Source: a virus. From it: a stretch of 64,000 nucleotides of DNA. This document shows positions 31,892-39,991 of this stretch, piece by piece (position 1 is the stretch's first letter; every line of letters begins with the position of its first letter). The notes under the pieces were generated by a model. It made no database searches. It had not been told where the DNA came from and saw nothing but the letters and a program-made list of their open reading frames with translations. The stretch is taken from positions 1 through 64,000 of the IMG/VR virus record IMGVR_UViG_3300045988_120248; one strand, given 5' to 3'. The position numbers and the translations under genes were made by a program.

Positions 31892-33070
31892 TTAGCGTGC
31901 AGAATTCCGTGTCGATTTTGCCGGCTTTTTTTCGTTCGTTTCTTTATTGGGTTCGTCTTCAATCAAGTTACCAAGATAGAACCGCCGCATCTTATCGGTT
32001 GCAGCATTCTTGTCCTTTTCAGCTTCTTGAAGGTAACACTCATGAACGACTTTAATGTCATTCCAGCCGCCGACGCGCATGGTGCGTTCCTCGCTCCAAC
32101 CTAGATGATAGGCAAGGGAACAGAAAGAACGACGCAATCCATGGACACCAACCTGTGGCAGATTGTGTTCTTCACAAACGCTATTGATCCTACGAGTAAG
32201 CGTATTAGGGTAACAATCAATTATTGGATCGTTATCCGGAATGATTTCAAGAAGCCGTGGAATGAGAACCGGAACAGGGCGTGTGGACTTCTCAGATTTG
32301 TTAGTGTCTTTTCGAACGAGTTTTCCGTTTTCATCATAAACGATTGCTCCAACAACTGAAATATATTCGGAACCTTTAATGTCAAAATGGAAATTGTCAT
32401 GGGTTACGGCCATAATTTCAGAACGGCGCAAAGAATGCAACGCTAAAAGGGCACCGAGTTCAATAGGTTTTCCGCGAATAGCCTTTACAAAAACCAAAAT
32501 CTGCTCATAGTCGAGAGTCGGAAGACCCCCTTTTTTGAATGCGGGCAGAGTTACATTGGGTACGTCGACATCCAGATAATTCATTGTGGCAGTAATGAGT
32601 GCCCATACATTGCAAACGGTTTTGGGGGCACAACCTTCTAATTCTTCACCAATGGCTACCTGCCACTCGCTCTTTGAAATGCTGGAAATGTCTCGACTCA
32701 TATAATTGAGAAAATGGTTGTTCCTATACGATATATAGTTGCGGCGGGTCGAAGGGGAAAGCGAAGGGCCGCGTTCCAAAATCATCTTGTCAATGGCATC
32801 CCCAACTGTCATCCGAGGTGCGTGTTTCTTTTGCTCGATAAACCCAGCCCGAACCGCTTTTGCTCGTGCAACGCATAGGGCTTTTGTCGGCTCTGTGATA
32901 CTCTGTTTCTCAGCATCAAGGTAAATCCGGTAACTCCCACTTGCCAGTTTCCTCGGGGAAGGTATTTTTATTTCACCCTTTTTCTTCCGCTCTTTTAACT
33001 GCTTTTCACCGCACCAGTTACAGAACATGGAATTAGCCTCAATTTCACGGCCACAGGATTTACACTTCAT
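31892..33070 (-). CDS. int: tyrosine integrase with N-terminal zinc ribbon
   Basis: MKCKSCGREI..CNWCG ribbon, then catalytic-type motifs ALHSLRRSEI, HGLRRSF and GGWND..HECY. Confidence 0.85.
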   Translation of the reverse strand: MKCKSCGREIEANSMFCNWCGEKQLKERKKKGEIKIPSPRKLASGSYRIYLDAEKQSITEPTKALCVARAKAVRAGFIEQKKHAPRMTVGDAIDKMILERGPSLSPSTRRNYISYRNNHFLNYMSRDISSISKSEWQVAIGEELEGCAPKTVCNVWALITATMNYLDVDVPNVTLPAFKKGGLPTLDYEQILVFVKAIRGKPIELGALLALHSLRRSEIMAVTHDNFHFDIKGSEYISVVGAIVYDENGKLVRKDTNKSEKSTRPVPVLIPRLLEIIPDNDPIIDCYPNTLTRRINSVCEEHNLPQVGVHGLRRSFCSLAYHLGWSEERTMRVGGWNDIKVVHECYLQEAEKDKNAATDKMRRFYLGNLIEDEPNKETNEKKPAKSTRNSAR

Positions 33071-33263
33071 GATGAGTGGCCTCCTGCAATTCCTTTATTG
33101 CCTCATCGCGTTCCTGCATGATGCGAAGAAACTCTTGCTTCAAAGCATAAAAGGTATCGGCACATACGCCAATCTTGGGAGCAATTTTGATATTTTCTTC
33201 AAGCGCGTCCAGCACCGCTTGATCGCGCTCATTGAATTTGTTTTTCACAAGCATAACCTCCAT
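33060..33263 (-). CDS. hypothetical small protein upstream of int (67 aa)
   Basis: ORF track; weak RBS. Its position would suit an excisionase, but no motif supports that. Confidence 0.4.
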   Translation of the reverse strand: MEVMLVKNKFNERDQAVLDALEENIKIAPKIGVCADTFYALKQEFLRIMQERDEAIKELQEATHHEV

Positions 33264-33305
33264 GTGGAATATTTGGAATATGTAAAAATGCTGGACGCAA
33301 ATAAG

Positions 33306-33932
33306 TTATTTCTTGACCCTAAAAGATGACTTGAAGATGCGGTATAGACTTATCACAAGTGTGGCAAAGGAAATGATAATAACCAAAATGAGAATCCAAC
33401 CCAATGCACCTATGTTACCGAATTTAATCAAACCAGCGTTTTGAATATTGGAATCAAAAATGAGATAGACAATGGAGAAAATCGTAAGTAGAAAGTTGAT
33501 GACAATTTGTAGGAATGTGACAGGGGTCTGTATTGCAAGCTGATTCGAGTGGAAGGTATCAAGCCGTTTATACCCATTGGCTTTTTCGGTGGCCGTATTG
33601 ACTTCGCCAGTTAGCCTCTGGATTTCTGCCTCTTTTTGAGCGTTCATAAGTTGCAGCTCATGAATTTCTTTTCGAAGTGATGATTCGTCATCAGCTGGGG
33701 TGGTTAACCCACATAGACGGTCGAGGGAAAGACCCAATACTTGCGCAACAGCTGCCTCGTTAAAAAGAAGAGGATTCGACTGCGTTGCAGCATTAACCCT
33801 GCTGACATTCGAATATGGAACGCCTGACTGCTCAGATAATTCTTTGACGGTTAATCCAAGTTCATTCCTGCGCTGTTTGATTTTTTCAGAATATGCGTCG
33901 AAGTAAGGCGCGAGTTTATCTGTTGCTGTCAA
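33306..33932 (-). CDS. XRE-family HTH regulator with coiled coil and two C-terminal TM helices (208 aa)
   Basis: ..IKQRRNELGLTVKELSEQSGVPYSNVSRV.. HTH. C-terminal TM segments FLQIVINFLLTIFSIVYLIF and ALGWILILVIIISFATLVISL. TTG start behind GGAGG. Confidence 0.65.
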   Translation of the reverse strand: MTATDKLAPYFDAYSEKIKQRRNELGLTVKELSEQSGVPYSNVSRVNAATQSNPLLFNEAAVAQVLGLSLDRLCGLTTPADDESSLRKEIHELQLMNAQKEAEIQRLTGEVNTATEKANGYKRLDTFHSNQLAIQTPVTFLQIVINFLLTIFSIVYLIFDSNIQNAGLIKFGNIGALGWILILVIIISFATLVISLYRIFKSSFRVKK

Positions 33933-34311
33933 AATAAAACGCCTCCAATAGCAGAATTCTCAAAATAGAATAATAATTTCCATTTTAGATTACGAGATTC
34001 GCAATTTAGGGTAGCGATTCGAAATCGGGAATGTGGACTTTTTCGTCGAATATCTGCTACGATATAGGCGTAGCAGATCAGCGGATAAAGCAAGGTGGTC
34101 TGCTGCAAGGCCCCGCCGCCTCTAGCCCAGCCGGCGGGGCTGACGAAAGAGAATGGTATCTGTCCTTTAAATCGGACTTATCAGGTCTCCAAATAGTAGA
34201 AAATACAATGAAATGTTTGTGCAATATGAGCAGTTGAAATTTTCGAACATTAGTTTTAAAATAAAGGCACTTCAAACAAAGGCTCGTACAGGAAAGGAAC
34301 GGGAACATACG

Positions 34312-34488
34312 ATGGAATTCGAAAAAGCACAGAACACAATCAATCTTGATGAGAAATTCAAGGAGCTCTTACAGGAAGTGGATGATAAAGAGGAATTCTT
34401 TAGATTCCTTTGTTTTTGCTTTCTTCGTCTACAAAGGTGCGACCCAATTCAAGAAATTTGGAACGATTGGATTCAGGCATCTGATTGA
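34312..34488 (+). CDS. small conserved protein, paralog family 'F.RF..FC..RL...IW..W' (58 aa)
   Basis: ..KEEFFRFLCFCFLRLQRCDPIQEIWNDWIQASD. Confidence 0.5.
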   Translation: MEFEKAQNTINLDEKFKELLQEVDDKEEFFRFLCFCFLRLQRCDPIQEIWNDWIQASD

Positions 34489-34801
34489 ATAAAGAGACGA
34501 GCTCGTCAACCTCGGTACCATTTGTGGTGCCGGGGTTATTTTTTTGCGCATCAGGAGAAACAAAGGACTTACCTGTCAGAAGCCAGTCGGCTGAAACACC
34601 ATAGAAAGCTGCAATCTTTGGAATGTATTTCATATATGACTTCGATCTTCCTGCTTTCCACTCTGTTACCACGTTTTTTGCTTTTACATCAATCGCGCGC
34701 AGAAGCTCTAATGCGCCTCCGTGCTTGTCACCAATTAGGAAAAGAATGCGTTCAAGCACCTCGTCCTCTGAACTGTTTTTGATATTCGGCTCTTTAGACA
34801 T
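34400..34801 (-). CDS. XRE/cI-like repressor (133 aa)
   Basis: ..VVTEWKAGRSKSYMKYIPKIAAFYGVSADWLLTG.. HTH. RBS GGAGGTA. Divergent from the cro-like gene. Confidence 0.7.
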   Translation of the reverse strand: MSKEPNIKNSSEDEVLERILFLIGDKHGGALELLRAIDVKAKNVVTEWKAGRSKSYMKYIPKIAAFYGVSADWLLTGKSFVSPDAQKNNPGTTNGTEVDELVSLFNQMPESNRSKFLELGRTFVDEESKNKGI

Positions 34802-34834
34802 AAAAATACCTCCAGATTTGTGCAGACATACAAA

Positions 34835-34887
34835 AACACATAAAACATGTGATATTACTTGAAATCACATAAATCATGTGATATAGT
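34835..34887. promoter_or_regulatory. lysogeny-switch operators and rightward promoter
   Basis: O1: aACACAT-aaaac-ATGTGAT (34835-34853). O2: ATCACAT-aaatc-ATGTGAT (34864-34882). The promoter TTGAAA(34859)-17-TATAGT(34882) encloses O2. An extra ATGTGAT half-site is at 34972. Confidence 0.6.
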
Positions 34888-34989
34888 ATGGCTGTAAAGT
34901 AAATTTGACATGAACGGCAATAAAAAACCAAGCCTTTTGGGGATGAAAAACCAAAAGACAGTACCTGTTTCATGTGATTTGACACTAGC

Positions 34990-35253
34990 ATGATAATTTT
35001 TTTGCCCGCGTTTGTCAAGACCACTTTACAAAAAAATCATGAATTTTATGTGAATTTCGTAGGGGGTGTAACTATTTACGAACTTTTTAAAGCAGAAATC
35101 GTAAAGCAGAAGCGGATGCGGAAACTGACGAACGAGGATTTGGGGAAACTGACCGGCTATAAAAGGCAAACGATTGATGCGTTTATGGCCGGTGCCAGAG
35201 AGTCTGAAAATGTGGCGAAGGCTATTGCAAAGGTTCTCAAGATCGAACTGTAA
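34990..35253 (+). CDS. Cro-like XRE HTH protein (start uncertain)
   Basis: ..RMRKLTNEDLGKLTGYKRQTIDAFMAG.. HTH. The ATG at 34990 lacks an RBS, and the true start may be internal. Confidence 0.5.
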   Translation: MIIFLPAFVKTTLQKNHEFYVNFVGGVTIYELFKAEIVKQKRMRKLTNEDLGKLTGYKRQTIDAFMAGARESENVAKAIAKVLKIEL

Positions 35254-35264
35254 GGTGGAAACAT

Positions 35265-35405
35265 ATGGACAGTCTCGTATTCTTGGCACCAAACACAGAA
35301 GAACCGTTCGCGACATCGGAAGTCATCGCCGAATGCGCCGGAGTTCAACACCATAAGGAGTTTTTGGCGCACACGCAGCGCAAGGAGGAAGTATGCCACG
35401 TTTGA
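35265..35405 (+). CDS. short ORF resembling the N-terminus of Rha-type phage regulators (46 aa, possibly truncated)
   Basis: Own translation: MDSLVFLAPNTEEPFATSEVIAECAGVQHHKEFLAHTQRKEEVCHV. RBS AAGGTGG. Confidence 0.35.
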   Translation: MDSLVFLAPNTEEPFATSEVIAECAGVQHHKEFLAHTQRKEEVCHV

Positions 35406-35614
35406 AGAAGAAAGAGCCTGACTTCATAAGGGTCACTCGTTTGATAAGAGGATATGCGCCTGTATCGAAGGTCGCGAAAATGATTGGGAGATCTGTACCA
35501 ACTGCTCGTAAAAAGATAAACGACCCTCGACAGTTTACGCTCGGAGAATTACAGATGATTTCCATGAGGGCGCATATTCCCTGGGAAGACATGAATCAGG
35601 CAGTGAAGCCATGA
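35393..35614 (+). CDS. hypothetical, HTH-like protein (73 aa)
   Basis: RBS AAGGAGGAAG. Confidence 0.5.
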   Translation: MPRLKKKEPDFIRVTRLIRGYAPVSKVAKMIGRSVPTARKKINDPRQFTLGELQMISMRAHIPWEDMNQAVKP

Positions 35615-36258
35615 GCCTAATCCGGAAACATTTTGAAGACCGGGACAGCTGGCTGATTGGCCGGCAGGAAATCGGAATCGGCGGCTCTGATGCTGCGGCT
35701 GTATGTGGGCTTTCCCCATGGACATCACCGGTGGAACTATGGAAAATCAAGGTAGGGGCTAAAAAACCAAAGGACATTTCGGCCAATGCAGCAGTGGAAC
35801 GCGGCGTTCGGATGGAGCCGGCGCTTCGAGAGCTGTATGCGGCAATGAATCCCTGCATGAAGGTTGAGCACTACCCATACGACATTCTGGCACAGAGTGA
35901 ACGTCCCTGGCTGACAGCAACGCTTGACGGAGACTTGACTGACGAGAACGGCCGACGGGGGATTCTGGAGATAAAGACCGGCCAACTCATAAAAAAGGCC
36001 GATTACGAAAAGTGGGCGGACGGAAATGTGCCGATCTACTATCTGACGCAAACCTGCTGGCAGCTGCTGGCTACAGGATGGGATTTCGTTGATCTGTTTG
36101 CGGCGCTTCAGGATATTCGCGGAGATTGGTCGATACGGACACGGCGCATCGAACGCGCCGAGCACGAGGAAGATCTTACATGGCTGCTGGGCAAAGCGGA
36201 CACATTCTGGGGATACGTCCAAAAGCGGCAGATGCCGCCGATGACACTGAGAATTTGA
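35611..36258 (+). CDS. YqaJ-like viral recombinase exonuclease
   Basis: ..GIGGSDAAAVCGLSPWTSPVELW.. and the ..LEIKT.. motif of lambda-exo/YqaJ-type nucleases. A RecT gene lies downstream. Confidence 0.75.
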   Translation: MSLIRKHFEDRDSWLIGRQEIGIGGSDAAAVCGLSPWTSPVELWKIKVGAKKPKDISANAAVERGVRMEPALRELYAAMNPCMKVEHYPYDILAQSERPWLTATLDGDLTDENGRRGILEIKTGQLIKKADYEKWADGNVPIYYLTQTCWQLLATGWDFVDLFAALQDIRGDWSIRTRRIERAEHEEDLTWLLGKADTFWGYVQKRQMPPMTLRI

Positions 36259-36272
36259 ATGGAGGGAACACA

Positions 36273-36506
36273 TTGATCGTTGAAGTCAAATTTTACAGAG
36301 AAAGTGCGAAAGCATACGTTGGACGCGGGTACAGCTATGAAACGGACATGGCACTGAACGTTGGAGATCGTGTGCTTGTACCGGCTGGGAAAGGAAAAAA
36401 CAGAGCAATAGTCGTGGCGGTGAATGTGCCGCAAATTGCCGTCAATCCTGATTACTTCCCACTGAAGCGCATTACGGAATACGACATGCCGGAGGTGAAC
36501 GCTTGA
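36273..36506 (+). CDS. hypothetical protein (77 aa, TTG start)
   Basis: TTG 6 nt after GGAGGG. Confidence 0.45.
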   Translation: MIVEVKFYRESAKAYVGRGYSYETDMALNVGDRVLVPAGKGKNRAIVVAVNVPQIAVNPDYFPLKRITEYDMPEVNA

Positions 36507-37453
36507 TGGAAACAACGGAAATCAGGATGATAACCGACCTCGACAAAGCACTTCCACAGAGTATCGTATTCAACTTCGAGGAAGTGAAAACATGGCTGAC
36601 CGAGAATCTTACATCTTACAAGAGCATGGTCGTCACCGAAGACGAAATTGGAGCGGCAAAGGCCGATAAAGCCAAGATTTCAAAACTGTCAAAGACCATA
36701 TCAGAACAGCGCATCGCCATCAAGAAACGCTATCTGGAGCCGTACAACGTCTTTGAGGCGCAGATGAAGGAGCTTTCCGGCATGTGCGACGAGGCGGCAA
36801 AGAACATCGACGTGCAGGCCAAGGCGTTCGAGGAAAAGCGGAAGTCCGAGAAACGCGAGACACTGAGAGGATATTTTTCTTCCGTCAACACACAGGCGTG
36901 GCTTTCGTTTGAGCGGATCGAAAATCCGCGCTGGATGAATGTGACCTATGACATGGAAACGGCCAAGGCCGACATTCAGGCGGCTGTGACGGCCATCGGA
37001 GAGAATGTCACGACGATTACAGAGTCCGGCGGCGAGTTCGAAAACGAAATGCTGCTGGAATACCAGAAAACGCTGGACCTTGGAGCGGCTATGCGGCGCG
37101 GCAGCGAACTGAAACGCATGAAGCAGGAGGCCAGAAGGGCTGCGCAGGAGGCCGCTGAACGTGCAAGACGCGAGGCGATTGCGGCGCACGAAGCTGCTGT
37201 GGAAAAGGCAAAGCACGAACAGGACGAAAGGACTGCACAGCGGAAAATCGAGGAAGAAACCGCACGTCGGGCGGAGGAACTGCTGAATTCGTCAAATCTT
37301 TCTCACGTTGAGGGGATGGAAAACGCGCAAGCGGAACCGGTTTCTGTGCTCGATTTCAGATGCTTTGTCACGGCGGCTCAGAAAGCGGCGCTTCGGGACT
37401 GGCTGAACGCTAACGGCATCCGATTCTGCCGTGTACCGAAATTCGGAGACTGA
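36506..37453 (+). CDS. DUF1351-family protein (RecT-associated)
   Basis: ..IVFNFEEVKTWLTENLTSYKSMVVTEDEIGAAKADKAKISKL.. pattern, and its position before recT. Confidence 0.65.
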   Translation: METTEIRMITDLDKALPQSIVFNFEEVKTWLTENLTSYKSMVVTEDEIGAAKADKAKISKLSKTISEQRIAIKKRYLEPYNVFEAQMKELSGMCDEAAKNIDVQAKAFEEKRKSEKRETLRGYFSSVNTQAWLSFERIENPRWMNVTYDMETAKADIQAAVTAIGENVTTITESGGEFENEMLLEYQKTLDLGAAMRRGSELKRMKQEARRAAQEAAERARREAIAAHEAAVEKAKHEQDERTAQRKIEEETARRAEELLNSSNLSHVEGMENAQAEPVSVLDFRCFVTAAQKAALRDWLNANGIRFCRVPKFGD

Positions 37454-37474
37454 TATACGAAAGGAATGTGAAAT

Positions 37475-38512
37475 ATGAACGCAACAACTAGACTTACGCC
37501 GCCTACTCAGAAGCAGACGTTCTCAAACGCGATTACATCCAATGCGATGCAAGAGCTTATTCGCAAGTCACTGAAGGACCCGCAGGCTGTGGCCAGATTT
37601 ACTGCGACGCTGATTCAAGTGGTCAATGCCTCCGATCAGTTGAAGGAATGCGATCCGGGGAGCGTAGTCGCAGCGGCACTTCGCGGCGAGGGAATGGGCC
37701 TGATAATCGGAATTCATTACCACCTTGTCCCGTTCGGACGGATGTGTAACTTCATCATTTCCTATAAGGGTCTTATTGCACTTGCCATTGCATCAAAGCA
37801 GTATAACGATATCGATTGTATTGATATCCGTGAGGGCGAGTACATTGGACGAGATTCTAGAACCGGAAGACCAAAATTCGACTTCAATGTTTATGCTACA
37901 GACGAAGCACGCGAGGCTGCACCGGTAATTGGCTACTACGCCTTTTTCGAACTGAAAGACGGGATGTTCCGTCAGGAATTCTGGTCGATGAATAAACTGC
38001 TGTTCCACGCCGAACGGTATTCGCAGGCATTTAACCGTGAAAAATTTGAGAAATTTGTTGCGGGCGAAATGACCAAAGAGGAAGAAGAAAAGATGCGGAA
38101 ATCCTCGCCGTGGAACGATGTTGGACATGGCCAGGACAAAATGTGCCGGAAAACAGTCCTCCGCAGCCTTTTGAACTCCGGTTATGCTCCGCTTTCCAAT
38201 GAACTCCAATATACGATGGACAATGATCATGAGACTGGCGTGATCCCAGACATGCCCATCATCAACGTCGACAAGGCTACTGGGGAAGTGGCCGGCGCGG
38301 TTCCAACGACTCCGGCTATCAATGCCGCATCGGACGATGACTTCTTCGATGCAACTGCTGTGAGCGCCGAACTTGACCGACGAAATGAGGCCAAGCAGGA
38401 AGAAGCACCAGCGCCCGCACCCGCCAAACGGAAAAAGGCTGAGACTGAAAGCCGACCGGAAGCAGTAGATACGTCCTACGCGGACGATGGCTTTTTCGGC
38501 GGTGGTGAATAA
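37475..38512 (+). CDS. recT: RecT-family single-strand annealing recombinase
   Basis: ..CDPGSVVAAALRGEGMGL...HLVPFGRMCNFIISYKGLIALA.. RecT core, with an acidic tail. Confidence 0.8.
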   Translation: MNATTRLTPPTQKQTFSNAITSNAMQELIRKSLKDPQAVARFTATLIQVVNASDQLKECDPGSVVAAALRGEGMGLIIGIHYHLVPFGRMCNFIISYKGLIALAIASKQYNDIDCIDIREGEYIGRDSRTGRPKFDFNVYATDEAREAAPVIGYYAFFELKDGMFRQEFWSMNKLLFHAERYSQAFNREKFEKFVAGEMTKEEEEKMRKSSPWNDVGHGQDKMCRKTVLRSLLNSGYAPLSNELQYTMDNDHETGVIPDMPIINVDKATGEVAGAVPTTPAINAASDDDFFDATAVSAELDRRNEAKQEEAPAPAPAKRKKAETESRPEAVDTSYADDGFFGGGE

Positions 38513-39087
38513 TGAGGCCAATCATAAATGGCGGGGTCACACAGGACCCAAAAGACCCGAAACGGCAGGCCTGCGAAACCATGCTTATCTGGGGAAAGGT
38601 TACGCGGGACGCAAAGCTCGAATACACAAAGGGTTCAAACAACAAACCCCCGATGCCAAAGGTCACATTCGGTGTTGCATACGAGGACAAAAAGTTTATG
38701 AACGTCCTCGCATTAGGGGAATCTCCTCAAACCAATATCGCGCAGCGCGTTCGGAAGGGCGATCAGGTCTTAATCGTCGGAAGATGGTCAAGCAAAGAAT
38801 ACAAAAACAGCGCCGGTGAGGAGAAAACGTGGGCTGAACTGAGGGTTGAACAGATTGCCATTCAGGGCGATGGATACCGCGAAGAAATGATCGACTGCCT
38901 CTGGACGGCGTTTGCAAGCGCTATGGCAAAAGGCTATATGCACGACAGGACAGAATTCATGCGGGCATTCAACACAGGGTTTGTGGATGCGTTCTGGGAG
39001 CTCTGCCAGTCAATGCAGGGCGAAGAACCGCAGGATACGGATGACGGAGAATCGGCTGGTGGCGACGACTACGAACTGACGATTTGA
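38512..39087 (+). CDS. OB-fold SSB-like protein with acidic C-terminus (191 aa)
   Basis: Context after recT; ..RKGDQVLIVGRWSSKEYKN..W.ELRVEQIA.. and the tail DDGESAGGDDYELTI. Confidence 0.4.
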   Translation: MRPIINGGVTQDPKDPKRQACETMLIWGKVTRDAKLEYTKGSNNKPPMPKVTFGVAYEDKKFMNVLALGESPQTNIAQRVRKGDQVLIVGRWSSKEYKNSAGEEKTWAELRVEQIAIQGDGYREEMIDCLWTAFASAMAKGYMHDRTEFMRAFNTGFVDAFWELCQSMQGEEPQDTDDGESAGGDDYELTI

Positions 39088-39099
39088 GAGGACTTTCCA

Positions 39100-39642
39100 A
39101 TGGGAAAAGGAATTAGCATATCTGACTTGCCGGAACCATACAGACGTCAGGCAGAACAAAAACTCATACAGGAAATGCAGCGGAGATCGGCTGTACAACC
39201 ATCGGCCAATGTCGCAAGCCGGAAAACTTGCGGGAAAAAGGTAAAAACCGATAAGCCACCAAAAATGCGAAACAAGAAGGTTACTCGCGGAGGCAAGACC
39301 TTCGACAGCAAGCGTGAGGCGGATCGGTACGATGAACTCGTGCTTTTGGAAAAACAGGGGGTTATTCAGAACCTTGAATGGCAGAAAGAATACCTCCTGA
39401 TTCCGGCGCAATATAAAACCGTCGAGCAATACGGAAAGCATGGAGCGAGAATCAAGGACAAGCGCATCCTTCTCGAACGGAAAGTGTCTTATATCGCCGA
39501 TTTCGTTTATGAGAAGGATGGAGAAACAATCGTGGAGGACTCAAAGGGCTACAGAAATCCAGCTTCAGCACCTTATGCGAAGTTTGTACTGAAGCGGAAA
39601 CTGATGCTCTGGATACACGGAATCAGAATAACGGAAGTTTGA
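39100..39642 (+). CDS. DUF1064-family protein (putative Holliday-junction resolvase-like nuclease)
   Basis: ..GKTFDSKREADRYDELVLLEKQG.I.NLE.Q....L.......KVSYIADFVY...G..IVEDSKG. Confidence 0.65.
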   Translation: MGKGISISDLPEPYRRQAEQKLIQEMQRRSAVQPSANVASRKTCGKKVKTDKPPKMRNKKVTRGGKTFDSKREADRYDELVLLEKQGVIQNLEWQKEYLLIPAQYKTVEQYGKHGARIKDKRILLERKVSYIADFVYEKDGETIVEDSKGYRNPASAPYAKFVLKRKLMLWIHGIRITEV

Positions 39643-39658
39643 ATTGGAGGCAGAATCA

Positions 39659-39991
39659 ATGGAATCGATGCGCGAAGATGTTTTCAGGCTGGCGGTTGCG
39701 CCGTGGAACAGTGCGTACAGGGAAGACCATGTAGAAAGCCATACTTGTGATACGCAGGACGAAATTGATTTCTGCCTCCATCATTGCCCTTATGCCAGTT
39801 CAGAGTGCTGTAACTGCTTGGAAGGTGGAACAAAAGAAAAGCAGGGACGGCCGAGTGGTGTCAGCCAAAACGACTTGAATCGGCTGAAGGAAATGCTTCG
39901 GTTGAAGACACCACAATCGAAGATCTGCGCGGAGCTCGGCATAACTAGGAGAACCGTGTACAACTACAAGAAAAAATTGGGGGTGATTTAG
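39659..39991 (+). CDS. Cys-rich protein with C-terminal HTH (110 aa)
   Basis: ..QSKICAELGITRRTVYNYKKKLG resolvase-type HTH. Confidence 0.55.
   Translation: MESMREDVFRLAVAPWNSAYREDHVESHTCDTQDEIDFCLHHCPYASSECCNCLEGGTKEKQGRPSGVSQNDLNRLKEMLRLKTPQSKICAELGITRRTVYNYKKKLGVI

Noticed and set aside
31824-31900. A complete tRNA gene on the minus strand
   Set aside because: Only the T-loop, 3' acceptor strand and CCA are present. No CGGAGTG 5' strand, D arm or anticodon arm can be found, and the integrase stop is at 31892.
34040-34150. Two strong hairpins (ATCTGCTACG/CGTAGCAGAT and GCCCCGCCG/CGGCGGGGC) as a riboswitch or retron-like ncRNA
   Set aside because: No recognisable riboswitch consensus, no reverse transcriptase gene in the window, and no T-run. 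They are probably 5'-UTR or terminator-like structure in the lysogeny intergenic region.
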